The notes below the pieces were generated by a model. The model did not search any database, was not told where the DNA came from, and saw nothing but the letters and a program-made list of their open reading frames with translations. A stretch of 64,000 bases of DNA, taken from assembly GCA_030599585.1 (NCBI GenBank), contig JAUVNS010000012.1, positions 89,919 through 153,918 of the forward strand, read 5' to 3'. The translations under genes and the position numbers were made by a program. Numbering within the stretch: position 1 is the stretch's first letter; the number at the start of each line of letters is the position of its first letter. Of this stretch, positions 1-10,051 are shown one piece after another. The stretch is from Promethearchaeota archaeon (lineage in GTDB: Archaea; Asgardarchaeota; Lokiarchaeia; Sigyniarchaeales; SOKP01).

Positions 1-2
1 CT

Positions 3-323
3 AAATACGATGAACTTGTGAAATCATTAAGAGAAAATCCTAATTTAAACGCTAAGAATTTCCATCAAACGCTTGACAAAGAAACAAAGAAGATATTTCC
101 TCGTTTAACAGTAGAGGAATTTGATGTTGCAAAATTTGTTGCATTACAAAAGTATATAGAACAACTTGAAGAGGACTTAGCAGAAATGGGCGATGATGCT
201 CAACTGGGAAATATTGATTTACAAAACGCCTTACAGAAACAGCAGCAAACGCTTCAATTGCTTTCCAATGTTTCTAAAATGCTTCATGACACAAGCATGG
301 CAGTGATACGCAAGATCGGATAA
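3..323 (+). CDS. 5'-truncated helical protein; C-terminus resembles the T3SS needle/EspA-like polymerisation helix
   Basis: The frame is open from the window edge (KYDELVKSLR...), so the GTG at 18 is probably not the start. C-terminus is QLGNIDLQNALQKQQQTLQLLSNVSKMLHDTSMAVIRKIG. Confidence 0.6.
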   Translation, partial: KYDELVKSLRENPNLNAKNFHQTLDKETKKIFPRLTVEEFDVAKFVALQKYIEQLEEDLAEMGDDAQLGNIDLQNALQKQQQTLQLLSNVSKMLHDTSMAVIRKIG

Positions 324-400
324 TGAAATGCCAAAGTAGTGGACAAACCTTTTATACAAGACGAATAATATTAAATGAAAAAAAAGAGAGATTGCATTTT

Positions 401-691
401 TTAAATAATCTCGAAGCATGTCTTTAAATCCATGCCGGGGACTAATAATGGAGTTAGTTTTGCGCTAGTTTTTGCTAAATTAGCCATATGTGTTTTCATT
501 GCTTCCCCACTTTCATATTTTTCGTAGAATAAGATTTTGTTTTTGTTATCCTTGCCTTTAACAGTGTGAGGGATATATTCTAAAGTTCCTGATTCAGACG
601 CTTTTACTTGTAAAGCCATTTCTTTTAAAACTTCTTTTGCTTCTTCCATTTTTCCTTCTTTTACTTCAACTATCGCTATGAGTGTTACCAT
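401..691 (-). CDS. ABM / putative quinol monooxygenase family (dimeric alpha-beta barrel)
   Basis: 96 aa with the pattern VKEGKMEEA...ESGTLEY...ILFYEKYES..AMKTH typical of ABM/YgiN proteins; SD-like GAGGA upstream. Confidence 0.8.
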   Translation of the reverse strand: MVTLIAIVEVKEGKMEEAKEVLKEMALQVKASESGTLEYIPHTVKGKDNKNKILFYEKYESGEAMKTHMANLAKTSAKLTPLLVPGMDLKTCFEII

Positions 692-850
692 TTTTATTTA
701 TCCTCGTTATCTAATTTAAAATTACGTAATTAAGTGAAAAATCCATTTAAGTAAAAGTATCCTAAAATAATTATACCTTAAACCTATCTTAAATTATTAT
801 CAATTGAAGTATTACTTAATAAAAGATAAGAAAGTATTAGGAAAGAAATC

Positions 851-2713
851 ATGATTCCAAAAAAGATGGATATCTATCTTCGAGAGCACCTTCCGGAAGC
901 TACTCTAAAAAATAGACTTAAAAAAGATAACGGAAAATGTTATCTAGAATTTACTAACACTGACGAGCACCTTCTATCAAGGTTGGGAATTGTAAGCGAT
1001 AGACTCGGCCCCCAACTTGTAGCCTGTATCTGGGACGAGAGCTCCCAATTAGAAATTGGGGGGTATTTAGTAGTTGATAATCTCTCAATGGGAAGGCCCT
1101 CAATGGGGGGCATTAGAATGTTACCAGAGATTACTCCCGCTGATATACATAACTTAGCTCGAGGTATGACTCTAAAAAACGCAGCTGCTAACCTTCCTTA
1201 TGGGGGGGGAAAATCAGGCATTGTGGCTGAGAGAACCATCTCGTCTGAAGAGCACGACAAAGTCGTTAGCGGTTTTGCCCATTTGATACGACAATATAAA
1301 GATATTTATGTTCCAGGCCCAGATGTTGGAACTAAAGATGCTGATATGAAATTAGTTGCTATAGAAAATGGATTGGATAGCGCTGTATCTAAACCAGCTG
1401 ATATGGGTGGTAATCGAATTGATGAATTAGGCGCTGCTGCGGGAGGAGTTGTAATTGCGTTGCAAACTTTGTTGAAAATTATGCCGCGATTGAGAGTTCT
1501 CCCTCAATTTGCTAATTTAGAAATACCTGAAGGAAGCGATATTACGGTAATCATTCAAGGCTTTGGAGCTGTTGGAGCACATGCCTCACGCATACTGAAA
1601 GAACGAATTTCTGAGGCTAACGTAATAGGTATTAGTGATTTAGAAGGTTATTTATTTAACGAAAATGGGCTTCCAATTGACGAACTTTTTGGTTTATGGA
1701 AAAACATAGGTTTAGTTACTAATACATATTTTGAAGATAAGATTGCACCCGATGGATATAAACATCCAACCAAATTTTCAACAAATGCTAACAACTTACT
1801 TCTTGAGAACGCATTCTGTTTGGTACCTGCTGCTCCAATATTTAATTATTTAGGCGTACGCTCATCTGATAATGCATCGATGTTAGTAGATCGAATGGGA
1901 AAATGGTCTGTAATTATCGAAGGTGCAAATACATACTCTCCAGATCCCAATAGAAAGGCAGCTAGAACTCGCATGGAACAATTAGTATATGGAGAAAAAG
2001 GCGTGATGATAGCTAACGATTATTTAGTTAATTCGGGAGGAGTAATATTTGCTGCTCAAGAACATGTTATCAAAACACCTGACAACCTTCAAATACCAGA
2101 CGAATTATTAGGAAATCGCGAAGCTGTAGAAAAATGGCTAAAGGATCACGAAGATAACTTTGCTGAACTATCGAAACAACGCTTAATAGCGGGAGAGGAA
2201 TATAGAGAAAACGTTATTCACCATAACATGATTGAACTAGTTGATTTATTAGCAGGTAACCCAGACATGTTACCTTGTACAGCTGCTCAGCGAGTAAGCA
2301 TCCAACGACTTTCCGCTAAAGAAAGTCAACGAACTGCTAAGGATATAATGGTTTCGCTTCCAACCATAGATGTGAATAGTAGCATACAAGATGCCGCAAA
2401 ATTAATGATAGATGAAAATAGTGGTATAGTTGCCGTTCTCTCAGAAGGTAAACTTATAGGAGTTGCAACCGATTGGGATATTACAGAAGCAGTTTCCTCT
2501 AATAGTTGTGATGTTAAACTTGATAGAATTATGACTAAAGATGTTATTACAGCTTCTCCGGATTATACGATGCTAGACATTGTACGTGAATTAGAACAAT
2601 ATCAAATATCTGCTATGCCAGTTGTTAAGGACGGAAATGTTTTAGGAAAAGTAAGTTCGGACTTAATTACACAACGTTACGTCTTAAGTCTTTTACAAGA
2701 TCACAGAATTTAG
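851..2713 (+). CDS. Glu/Leu/Phe/Val dehydrogenase with C-terminal CBS pair
   Basis: GGIRM, MTLKNA..LPYGGGKSGI, GPDVGT, IQGFGAVG (NAD binding), EGAN and NSGGV motifs. The C-terminal ~125 aa carry two CBS repeats (AKDIM...; IMTKDVITASPD...ISAMPVV). Confidence 0.85.
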   Translation: MIPKKMDIYLREHLPEATLKNRLKKDNGKCYLEFTNTDEHLLSRLGIVSDRLGPQLVACIWDESSQLEIGGYLVVDNLSMGRPSMGGIRMLPEITPADIHNLARGMTLKNAAANLPYGGGKSGIVAERTISSEEHDKVVSGFAHLIRQYKDIYVPGPDVGTKDADMKLVAIENGLDSAVSKPADMGGNRIDELGAAAGGVVIALQTLLKIMPRLRVLPQFANLEIPEGSDITVIIQGFGAVGAHASRILKERISEANVIGISDLEGYLFNENGLPIDELFGLWKNIGLVTNTYFEDKIAPDGYKHPTKFSTNANNLLLENAFCLVPAAPIFNYLGVRSSDNASMLVDRMGKWSVIIEGANTYSPDPNRKAARTRMEQLVYGEKGVMIANDYLVNSGGVIFAAQEHVIKTPDNLQIPDELLGNREAVEKWLKDHEDNFAELSKQRLIAGEEYRENVIHHNMIELVDLLAGNPDMLPCTAAQRVSIQRLSAKESQRTAKDIMVSLPTIDVNSSIQDAAKLMIDENSGIVAVLSEGKLIGVATDWDITEAVSSNSCDVKLDRIMTKDVITASPDYTMLDIVRELEQYQISAMPVVKDGNVLGKVSSDLITQRYVLSLLQDHRI

Positions 2714-3810
2714 TGAAATTTTAAGATATTATACAACGTATCTCTCTGTGCTGGGCGTTTTCCCGCAGCTTTAATAATTTCAATTATTTCCTCTGGAGAT
2801 AAGTACTCTCCAAATTCCGCACCTGCACTTTTTGATATATTTTCTTCCATTAGTGTCCCAGAAAAATCGTTTACTCCATAATTAAGAGATACTTGAGCAA
2901 ATTTTGGACCCAATTTAACCCAAGAACATTGAATATTCTCAATGTAATTGTTGAAAAAAATTCGTGCTACTGCAAATAATTTTAAATCTGCCATTCCATA
3001 ACTGGGTTTTAGAGGAAATTTTGTTAGCTTAGATAAAAGTGGTTTTTCACTAACGAATGGTAAAGGAACAAATTCGGTAAAACCAGAGGTTTCTTTCTGA
3101 AGGTTCCTTAACACTTCAAGATGTTCTATTCTATCGTGTAAATCTTCAATATGTCCATACATCATAGTTGAAGTTGTAGGGATGCCAAGATTATGGGCGG
3201 ATTTTATCACATCAATCCATTGAGATGTAGTTATTTTATTTGGACATATAATTCTCCTAATTTTATCCACCAAAATTTCAGCAGCAGTTCCAGGCATAGA
3301 ATCTAACCCGGCTTTTTTTAAATCTTTTAAAACATTTTGAACTGAAGTTTCATATATTTTTGCCATATGAAATACTTCTTGAGGGGAAAATGCGTGTGTG
3401 TGCATGTTAGAATCAACTTCCTTTACATTTTTCAGAATTTCTAAGTAGTAATCAAAATTAAGCTCAGGATTTATCCCTCCTTGAATACAAACCTCTGTGC
3501 ACCCCACTTTTTTCGCTTCAATAATATCATCTCTTATTTCGTCTTGAGTTTTTAAAAAACTCTCCTTATTTTTATTTGAAACGCTAAAGGAGCAAAATTT
3601 ACATCCTTGATAACAAACATTTGTAAAATTAATGTTACGGTTAACAACAAACGTTACGAGATTATCTTTCTTCTCATAACAAATACGATCTGAGACTTGT
3701 TGTAGGGCTGTGAAATCCTTACCTGTAAGTTTTAGAAGAGTTAAAGCTTCTTCTGTATTAATTTCGACTGAATCTTCAGCTTTTTTAAGAATCTGTTTTA
3801 TTTCCGACAT
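2710..3810 (-). CDS. cofH: FO synthase subunit CofH (radical SAM)
   Basis: VTFVVNRNINFTNVCYQGCKFC, SMPGTAAEIL, GFTEFVPLPF, NIQCSWVKLG and GTLMEENISKSAGA motifs; adjacent to cofG. Confidence 0.92.
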   Translation of the reverse strand: MSEIKQILKKAEDSVEINTEEALTLLKLTGKDFTALQQVSDRICYEKKDNLVTFVVNRNINFTNVCYQGCKFCSFSVSNKNKESFLKTQDEIRDDIIEAKKVGCTEVCIQGGINPELNFDYYLEILKNVKEVDSNMHTHAFSPQEVFHMAKIYETSVQNVLKDLKKAGLDSMPGTAAEILVDKIRRIICPNKITTSQWIDVIKSAHNLGIPTTSTMMYGHIEDLHDRIEHLEVLRNLQKETSGFTEFVPLPFVSEKPLLSKLTKFPLKPSYGMADLKLFAVARIFFNNYIENIQCSWVKLGPKFAQVSLNYGVNDFSGTLMEENISKSAGAEFGEYLSPEEIIEIIKAAGKRPAQRDTLYNILKFH

Positions 3811-4915
3811 TTTTATTTATATTATCAATCGTTTTTTTAATATTTTCTGGACAAAAACCATGTTTATTTATGTATTTCTTATATATAGGAAGCCTTTCCC
3901 TAAGTTTATACCCGTTACTTTCGCATATCTTTTCTAAGTGGTCAATTTCTGGCCAGGTATGGTTTGGGTTAATGTAATCTAATGTAAAAGGAGATATGCC
4001 TCCAAAATCATCAATTCCCATTTCTAAGGCTTCTTTCTCGTAATTTTGAATTAAGTTAGGTGGAACTTGAATAGCGATGTCATTTCCAAATATTATTTTT
4101 GCAATCCCAGCAGTTTTGAGAGTTTTTTTAATAGATATTAGGTTATTTGGATGATACTTTATTCCCATTTTGTTTGTAAAATTCTGTATTATAACTTCTT
4201 GGATATGATTATATTCAAGATTGATTTCTTTAATTAATAGGAGATCCCTCACGCGATCTGAAAACTTTTCCCCAATTCCTAAGAGTAAACCTGTTGTGAA
4301 AGGAATTTTCAATTTTCCCGCGTTTATAATGTGGTTAATTCTATTTTCTGGAGTTTTACCAGGTGAATTTTCGTGAACTCCACCAATTTTAGAAAGAGAT
4401 TCACAAGTACTTTCAATCATCAATCCCATACTAGCGTTACATTCCTTTAAGCTTTTCAATTGCCTATATGTGAGCATCCCTATATTCGTATGAGGTAATA
4501 GATTTACACCCAATAATTTTTCGCTTAAATTTCTTACAAAATGAAAGAAATCATTAAATTTTCTTTTTTCTAATTCTTTTTGGACTTCTTTGAAACTATC
4601 GGGAAATTCACCTGACATTAATAAAGCTTCTGTACATCCATATCTTATAGCAGTTTGAATAAAATCCTTAATCGTATCCTCTTTAATTAATACAACATTG
4701 TCTTTCTTATTTTCTTTAGGTATATTTTGATTATAAAAACAATATCCGCATTGATTCTGGCAAAAATTTGAAAGGGAAAGTGTAAAGTTTTTGGAAAAAG
4801 TTATAATATTTTGTTCTTCTCTTGGTAACTCCTTTTTTATACTTACAATTTTTTCTCTAAGCTTGTTAATTGATAAATTTTTCAGCTCTTCTATTTTCTT
4901 TGAATCATCCATCAT
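3785..4915 (-). CDS. cofG: FO synthase subunit CofG (radical SAM)
   Basis: ITFSKN, CQNQCGYC, LPHTN, ASMGLM, IPFTTGLLLGIGE, HIQEVIIQNF, IQVPPNL, DDFGGISP..DYINP..WP and LRERLPIY motifs. Confidence 0.92.
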   Translation of the reverse strand: MMDDSKKIEELKNLSINKLREKIVSIKKELPREEQNIITFSKNFTLSLSNFCQNQCGYCFYNQNIPKENKKDNVVLIKEDTIKDFIQTAIRYGCTEALLMSGEFPDSFKEVQKELEKRKFNDFFHFVRNLSEKLLGVNLLPHTNIGMLTYRQLKSLKECNASMGLMIESTCESLSKIGGVHENSPGKTPENRINHIINAGKLKIPFTTGLLLGIGEKFSDRVRDLLLIKEINLEYNHIQEVIIQNFTNKMGIKYHPNNLISIKKTLKTAGIAKIIFGNDIAIQVPPNLIQNYEKEALEMGIDDFGGISPFTLDYINPNHTWPEIDHLEKICESNGYKLRERLPIYKKYINKHGFCPENIKKTIDNINKNVGNKTDS

Positions 4916-5592
4916 TCTTCTTTTTTATAGTTAAGAGTTACATAGTTATTTCTACTACTCACATTAGATAACAAATATCTTGGGCTCTCAATCATTTTTG
5001 CAAATCCCTCTCCTTCTACTAAGCTTACAGCATCTTTACCTCCAGCCATCCAAGGCGCAATTGCAATTCTAATCTCATCTACTAAATTATTTTTTATAAA
5101 ACTCCAATTTAAATTGCCTCCGCCTTCTAAAAGAATTCGCTTTACGCCCTTATGGTATAGAATGGGCATTAAATTAACGACATCAACTCTACGCCCTTTT
5201 CCTGATTGTATAATTTCAATATTTTTAGATTCGAATTCTTTAATCTTCTCGATTGGAGCATTTTCAGTTGTTACTATTATGGTGGGATAAATTTCAGGTT
5301 TAAAAGTTACTACATTTGATTCAATTGGTATTGAAAGCGTGCTATCTAATATTATACGAAAATACCCTTTATGTTCATAAAATTTTATGTGTAGTTTTGG
5401 ATTATCCAGAATAATTGACCCTTTACCAACCATTATAGCATCCACTTCAGTGCGAAGTTTGTGAACCGCTTTCCAATCGCCTTCGTCTGAAATATCTGGA
5501 TCTCCATTTTTAGTGGCAATTTTTCCATCGATTGTCATAGCAGCACTCAAAATTACGTAGGGTCGTTTATTTCCTTTCAAATTCCACCACAC
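4912..5592 (-). CDS. arfC: 2,5-diamino-6-(ribosylamino)-4(3H)-pyrimidinone 5'-phosphate reductase (Rib7/RibD-C)
   Basis: RPYVILSAAMTIDGKIAT, DAIMVG, DNP, LLEGGG and LVDEI motifs. The true start may be the TTG a few codons downstream. Confidence 0.88.
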   Translation of the reverse strand: MWWNLKGNKRPYVILSAAMTIDGKIATKNGDPDISDEGDWKAVHKLRTEVDAIMVGKGSIILDNPKLHIKFYEHKGYFRIILDSTLSIPIESNVVTFKPEIYPTIIVTTENAPIEKIKEFESKNIEIIQSGKGRRVDVVNLMPILYHKGVKRILLEGGGNLNWSFIKNNLVDEIRIAIAPWMAGGKDAVSLVEGEGFAKMIESPRYLLSNVSSRNNYVTLNYKKEE

Positions 5593-6739
5593 CTTTAATG
5601 TAAGTCTTTTTTATATTCTCTGATCTAGTTCTTTGAACAATAATGTTGTAAATACTTTCAGAATCAATCTTATACGTATAATAATTAGGGTTAGAAAGGT
5701 CAACTATAAAGAAATCAGCATATTTTCCTACTGAAATTGATCCGTATTCTTTTTCTAATCCCAAATTTCTAGCAGCAGTAATGGTAACCATTTCTAGTAG
5801 CTCTTTTGAGGAAAAATTCTTACAATCCTTATGAACGGCTAATACTCGGGAAATTCTATATAAATATCGCATTTCTTCGAATAAGTCAATATTGTTAGCC
5901 ATTACATTATCAGTACCAAGACTAATTGGGATTCCAAGATCACAAATCTCATTTATTGGCGGAAATCCACTTCCAAAATAACCGTTACATCTAGGACATA
6001 AGACCAGAGAGATGTTATTTTTTTTAAGTCTTTCCAAATCATCTTTTCTGTAATGAGTTCCATGTATAATGACGTCAATCAGCTGATCATTTATAATTTG
6101 ATTGAAGCGTATCTCGTCTCTCGAGAGTTCAGCATCGTGAGTCGCAACAATTTTGTCTAAATATTCTCTCTTCAAACTTCTGATAATTTCTTTGTTTTCC
6201 GAAGATAATTGATCGTAGCTTGCAAATCCCAGACCATCAGCACTTTTAAGAACGGGTTCAACTTCTGTTGTATCATAAAATCTTCCCAAGATGCGATAGT
6301 TAATCGGAGAATTTTGTAATGCTTCTTTTAAAAGGGCAATGCCAGTTAATCCATTTTCTCTAAAGTCGAAAAACATAGTTATACCGCTTGCGAGCATTTC
6401 TAATGCAGCCTCTCTTATTCCATGCATTTTTATTTCTTTTGAGGTTTTACTTAGTAATACATGTTTGATTCCATTTGGAGGAGCAACCGTTTCTATTAAA
6501 TCTTTATTAAATCCCTGTTCTTTTGCAAAGCTATCACATATGTGAACATGGGAATTGATAAATCCAGGGATCAATAGGGATATCTGTTTTTGTTTGGAGA
6601 GGGTGATATACTCTTCAATATTATCGTAGAATAAGTCTGTGATCTTTCCATTATCATCTAATTCTATTGAAATATTCTTCTTTAATTCTAATCTATCTCC
6701 AATCAAACCAAAGTTACTGCGAATGGTGGTGTTAGACAT
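5567..6739 (-). CDS. Metal-dependent amidohydrolase (deaminase-like)
   Basis: PGFINSHVHICD, DFRE, THDAE, IHGT, LCPRCN, LGTDN and GKYADF motifs; overlaps arfC. Confidence 0.85.
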   Translation of the reverse strand: MSNTTIRSNFGLIGDRLELKKNISIELDDNGKITDLFYDNIEEYITLSKQKQISLLIPGFINSHVHICDSFAKEQGFNKDLIETVAPPNGIKHVLLSKTSKEIKMHGIREAALEMLASGITMFFDFRENGLTGIALLKEALQNSPINYRILGRFYDTTEVEPVLKSADGLGFASYDQLSSENKEIIRSLKREYLDKIVATHDAELSRDEIRFNQIINDQLIDVIIHGTHYRKDDLERLKKNNISLVLCPRCNGYFGSGFPPINEICDLGIPISLGTDNVMANNIDLFEEMRYLYRISRVLAVHKDCKNFSSKELLEMVTITAARNLGLEKEYGSISVGKYADFFIVDLSNPNYYTYKIDSESIYNIIVQRTRSENIKKTYIKGVVEFERK

Positions 6740-6805
6740 AGGATACTCAAACTTTTTTGTTCATTCTATTAAAAAGAATTACCATTAACGACGATAAGGG
6801 CATAT

Positions 6806-7363
6806 TTAGATTTTTAGAAGTTCTAACGCCTCTGATCTGGTAGTAGGATTTGTTTTAAAAATACCTTTTATTGCTGATGTTATCATTATAGGGTTAGATT
6901 GCTTTACACCTCTCATTATCTCACATAAGTGAGTTCCTTTTACGATAACCATCACACCTCTCGGTTTTAAAGCACAGTCCATTAAATAATTAGCAATATC
7001 ATCAGTCATTTTTTCCTGAACATTTAACCGATGTGTAAAATAATTAACGACCCTTACGAATTTTGAAATTCCTAGAAGAAATTCTCCAGGCATATATACG
7101 ATATCAACTGTACCATAAAATGGTAGTATGTGGTGTTCACACATGCTGTAAAATTGAATACCTTTTGATACTATAATCTCACTATACTGCGCTTTAAAGA
7201 TCTTTATAACTTTATCTAAATCCAGCTGATATCCGTCAAAAATTTCACTGTACGAGTTAGCTACTCGTCTTGGAGTTTCTATCGTTGCTGGTCTTAATTC
7301 GTCATTGCCTTCAATTTCTTTAATAAGTTCGGATATTAGTTCTTGAACTCTTTCTTTATTCAT
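6806..7363 (-). CDS. folE: GTP cyclohydrolase I
   Basis: ETPRRVA, SMCEHHILPFYG, GISK, RLNVQE and HLCEIMRGV motifs. Confidence 0.92.
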   Translation of the reverse strand: MNKERVQELISELIKEIEGNDELRPATIETPRRVANSYSEIFDGYQLDLDKVIKIFKAQYSEIIVSKGIQFYSMCEHHILPFYGTVDIVYMPGEFLLGISKFVRVVNYFTHRLNVQEKMTDDIANYLMDCALKPRGVMVIVKGTHLCEIMRGVKQSNPIMITSAIKGIFKTNPTTRSEALELLKI

Positions 7364-7510
7364 TTTTTGAATTACTCTCTTTTTTAACTAATATATATTG
7401 AAATTTAAGAAAATATAAATAAATACTAGAATTAGCTAAAATTCGTCAAAGAATTAAAAAAGACTTTGAGCGTTTAATTTCTTTATTTTCAAGCTTGATC
7501 TTACTGTTTA

Positions 7511-8632
7511 TTATTTCTTCTTTAGGAATTGCTTATAAATTAGCACATAGTTTTTTACACTCACTACTTTAGGATTACGCCTAAAACTAGATGGGATAGG
7601 AGTGCTACAACGGGAACAGAGGTTTGAAGTCCGCATCCAATCTTTAAATTCATCAGCGTGGGAAGGATACCTACACTTTGGACACACAACTACTCCCCGT
7701 CCTCTATCTTCAGGAAGTTTTGGTAATTTAAAACAAAAGATGCACTTAAAATCCTCTAACGTTAAATACGATGCCCTTGGCCTAAAATTAGTCAGATTTC
7801 GAACCTTTGGAGTCGATTTGACTTTAGTTGTACGAGAAATATTTGAAGTTTTAGTTCTAGTAGTTTGTCTACGTGATGTGGGTGTTATTCTTGATGATTT
7901 AGTTCTTGAGCTTGATGTACGCGTAGTTGTCCTAGTAGAGGGAGTTGGATTAGTGACCCTCGTTGTCCGTACACGTTGTCTCTGTGTTGTAGGTGAGGTC
8001 AAATTATTAATCGTTCTAGTACGGTTTGCAATATAATCACGAGTTAATGTTGGTAATGATGAGCTTGTACTAGCAAATCCAAACACTATTACTATTAAAA
8101 TTGTAGCTAATAATAGAAGTAAGAGATTCAAATCCAATGGAAAACTTTCGTTAACGCTGTAAAAACTTATCCAATAGGTTAAAATGAAAATTAAAACAGA
8201 GAAGGATAGAATATATCCCAAGGTTCTCGCTTTTACTGCTTTTGTTCCAAAATATATTACGTTGTATTTTTTAAAACAGCGATATAGAGAGTAAGAGCCA
8301 AATATTATAAAAGGAAAAGCAAAAATAAGGCTCCATAAACTAAAATATAGACCTCCAAGTAGATTCTCTCCTAATACTCCTGTGTAAAAACCCCAAATAG
8401 AATAAAAAATTCCAATACCTAAAGGAACAATGACAAAAAATGCGGTATTATGTGGTGAATTAAACTCACGGTGACGTTTAATGTTTTCAAATATTTTTAA
8501 TGTAAAAATTAACCATAACCCAATTAATAACCAAGTTGCAAAATTAGTAAAAGAATAAGTGAGCAAACCATGAATTACACCAATAATCAGAAATGCGGTA
8601 AATATTATTGTTAAAATTTTATTTTTAACCAT
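7511..8632 (-). CDS. Polytopic (~6 TM) membrane protein with C-terminal RING-type zinc finger; putative E3 ligase
   Basis: Six hydrophobic segments in the first ~190 aa, then a Thr/Ser/Arg-rich linker, then CIFC-x16-CPKC-x4-H-x2-E-x3-W-x6-CSRC. Last gene of the Ubl-E1-E2-JAB run. Confidence 0.75.
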   Translation of the reverse strand: MVKNKILTIIFTAFLIIGVIHGLLTYSFTNFATWLLIGLWLIFTLKIFENIKRHREFNSPHNTAFFVIVPLGIGIFYSIWGFYTGVLGENLLGGLYFSLWSLIFAFPFIIFGSYSLYRCFKKYNVIYFGTKAVKARTLGYILSFSVLIFILTYWISFYSVNESFPLDLNLLLLLLATILIVIVFGFASTSSSLPTLTRDYIANRTRTINNLTSPTTQRQRVRTTRVTNPTPSTRTTTRTSSSRTKSSRITPTSRRQTTRTKTSNISRTTKVKSTPKVRNLTNFRPRASYLTLEDFKCIFCFKLPKLPEDRGRGVVVCPKCRYPSHADEFKDWMRTSNLCSRCSTPIPSSFRRNPKVVSVKNYVLIYKQFLKKK

Positions 8633-8663
8633 GATTTGATATCACCAAAGATGTTTTTTATCT

Positions 8664-9488
8664 TTATTCATCATATTCTAAATATGCTGGTTTTCCATGA
8701 ATAATTGGGTTCATGAATTCCAAAATTTCTGGTAACATTCTCACATCTAAATGCCCCTTAATATCAAAAGGCACTGAGAACCACTTCCGAGTTTTAAAAT
8801 TTGCGCGATAAATTTCAAAACCAAAAGATTTCCCGTTAATTTGATATGGATCGATGACGAGTGCTACAGCTTTATTCCACAATTTCTGATACCTTGCCTG
8901 AGTTCCTAAATCTTCTCTTGACATGAAGCAGCCGTAACTCGGATGGGAATGATACCAGCCTGTAATAAAAAGCCCCTTTTTTTTAATATCTCTGAAAGCT
9001 CTCACATAATTCTTATAATCCTTTATTTCAGCATAAACCGCGGTCCCATGTCCCATTGGATAAGCATCCTCCAAGTGTAAGACTCCTTTAGCACTATCAT
9101 AGTTCCCTGCGAGTAAACCTATTACTTCCACCCAATCATCTCTAGGTATTTTAGAATTAGCATATTTTAAAGAATGGCTCGCGATCTTAAGAATTGCTTT
9201 TGTAGTGATAGCTATCTTAGCTTTAGTTCTCTCGTTACTAGCTACAGTTTTTACTGGTTCCATGGGGATGGGTTCAAGTTTGACTTTATTTGAATGAATA
9301 ATCGGCTTCGCTTTGATAATCTCAGTTGTTATTTCTTCTTGTAATTCTTCTAATTGTAACTCAGTGTATACTTCTTCAAGTAATTCTTTTTTAATTTTCT
9401 CTTTAATTTTTTGTTTTATAGCATCTCTGATTGATTCGCTATTCTTTTCATCGATATTCATTCTAGGTTCACCATTTATCCTTGGCAT
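8664..9488 (-). CDS. JAB/MPN+ metalloprotease (Rpn11/CSN5-like deubiquitinase/maturase)
   Basis: EVIGLLAG...GWYHSHPSYGCFMSREDLGTQ...VALVIDP is an intact JAMM motif; charged N-terminal extension. Confidence 0.92.
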   Translation of the reverse strand: MPRINGEPRMNIDEKNSESIRDAIKQKIKEKIKKELLEEVYTELQLEELQEEITTEIIKAKPIIHSNKVKLEPIPMEPVKTVASNERTKAKIAITTKAILKIASHSLKYANSKIPRDDWVEVIGLLAGNYDSAKGVLHLEDAYPMGHGTAVYAEIKDYKNYVRAFRDIKKKGLFITGWYHSHPSYGCFMSREDLGTQARYQKLWNKAVALVIDPYQINGKSFGFEIYRANFKTRKWFSVPFDIKGHLDVRMLPEILEFMNPIIHGKPAYLEYDE

Positions 9489-9996
9489 ACTTCTTTACTA
9501 AATTTTTAACTTTTTTATCAAAAAATTTCGGATTTTTCATCATTTCTATAGCTGCTTTTTTATTAAACACATCAGTCGGATTAACATATTTTCCTCGAGT
9601 GTTTAACATAGCAATTATTGCATGAACAACTGTAACCGCTGTTTTTGAAGGACTCCATCCTCCTTTTTTGCCAATTAGAGACGGATCTACTAAAGCTAAG
9701 CAAATATTTCTTTGTCCTTTATATTCACTTGGCTTTGGCCAAAAATTTGGGTGCCATATTGGAGTATGCAATCTAACAAAAGGAGGCTGTTTAGGATATT
9801 GAATGGGAAACCTCATTTCTAATTTAAACAATCCTCCAGCATAGGCAGTGCCTTTAGGGCCTTTAATCAATACAGCTAAGTGATCGATACTCTTTTTTTT
9901 TGGATTAAATGGCTTCAATTGAATAATAGTACCCTGTTTTAGCAACTTTTTTAGTCCCGCAAAATCTCGGGAAACTCGACTACTTCTTATACTCAT
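9469..9996 (-). CDS. Ubiquitin-conjugating enzyme E2
   Basis: IKGPKGTAYAGGLF, FPIQYPKQPP, IWHPN, catalytic NICL and WSPS motifs. Confidence 0.93.
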   Translation of the reverse strand: MSIRSSRVSRDFAGLKKLLKQGTIIQLKPFNPKKKSIDHLAVLIKGPKGTAYAGGLFKLEMRFPIQYPKQPPFVRLHTPIWHPNFWPKPSEYKGQRNICLALVDPSLIGKKGGWSPSKTAVTVVHAIIAMLNTRGKYVNPTDVFNKKAAIEMMKNPKFFDKKVKNLVKKYAKDKW

Positions 9997-10051
9997 ATTC
10001 TTAACCCCGTTTTTTTTATTATATTTTAAAATTATGTTTTGAATTAAATTA

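Noticed and set aside
7602-8036. 144-aa antisense ORF and similar short antisense ORFs in the track
   Set aside because: They are shadows of well-supported genes on the opposite strand.
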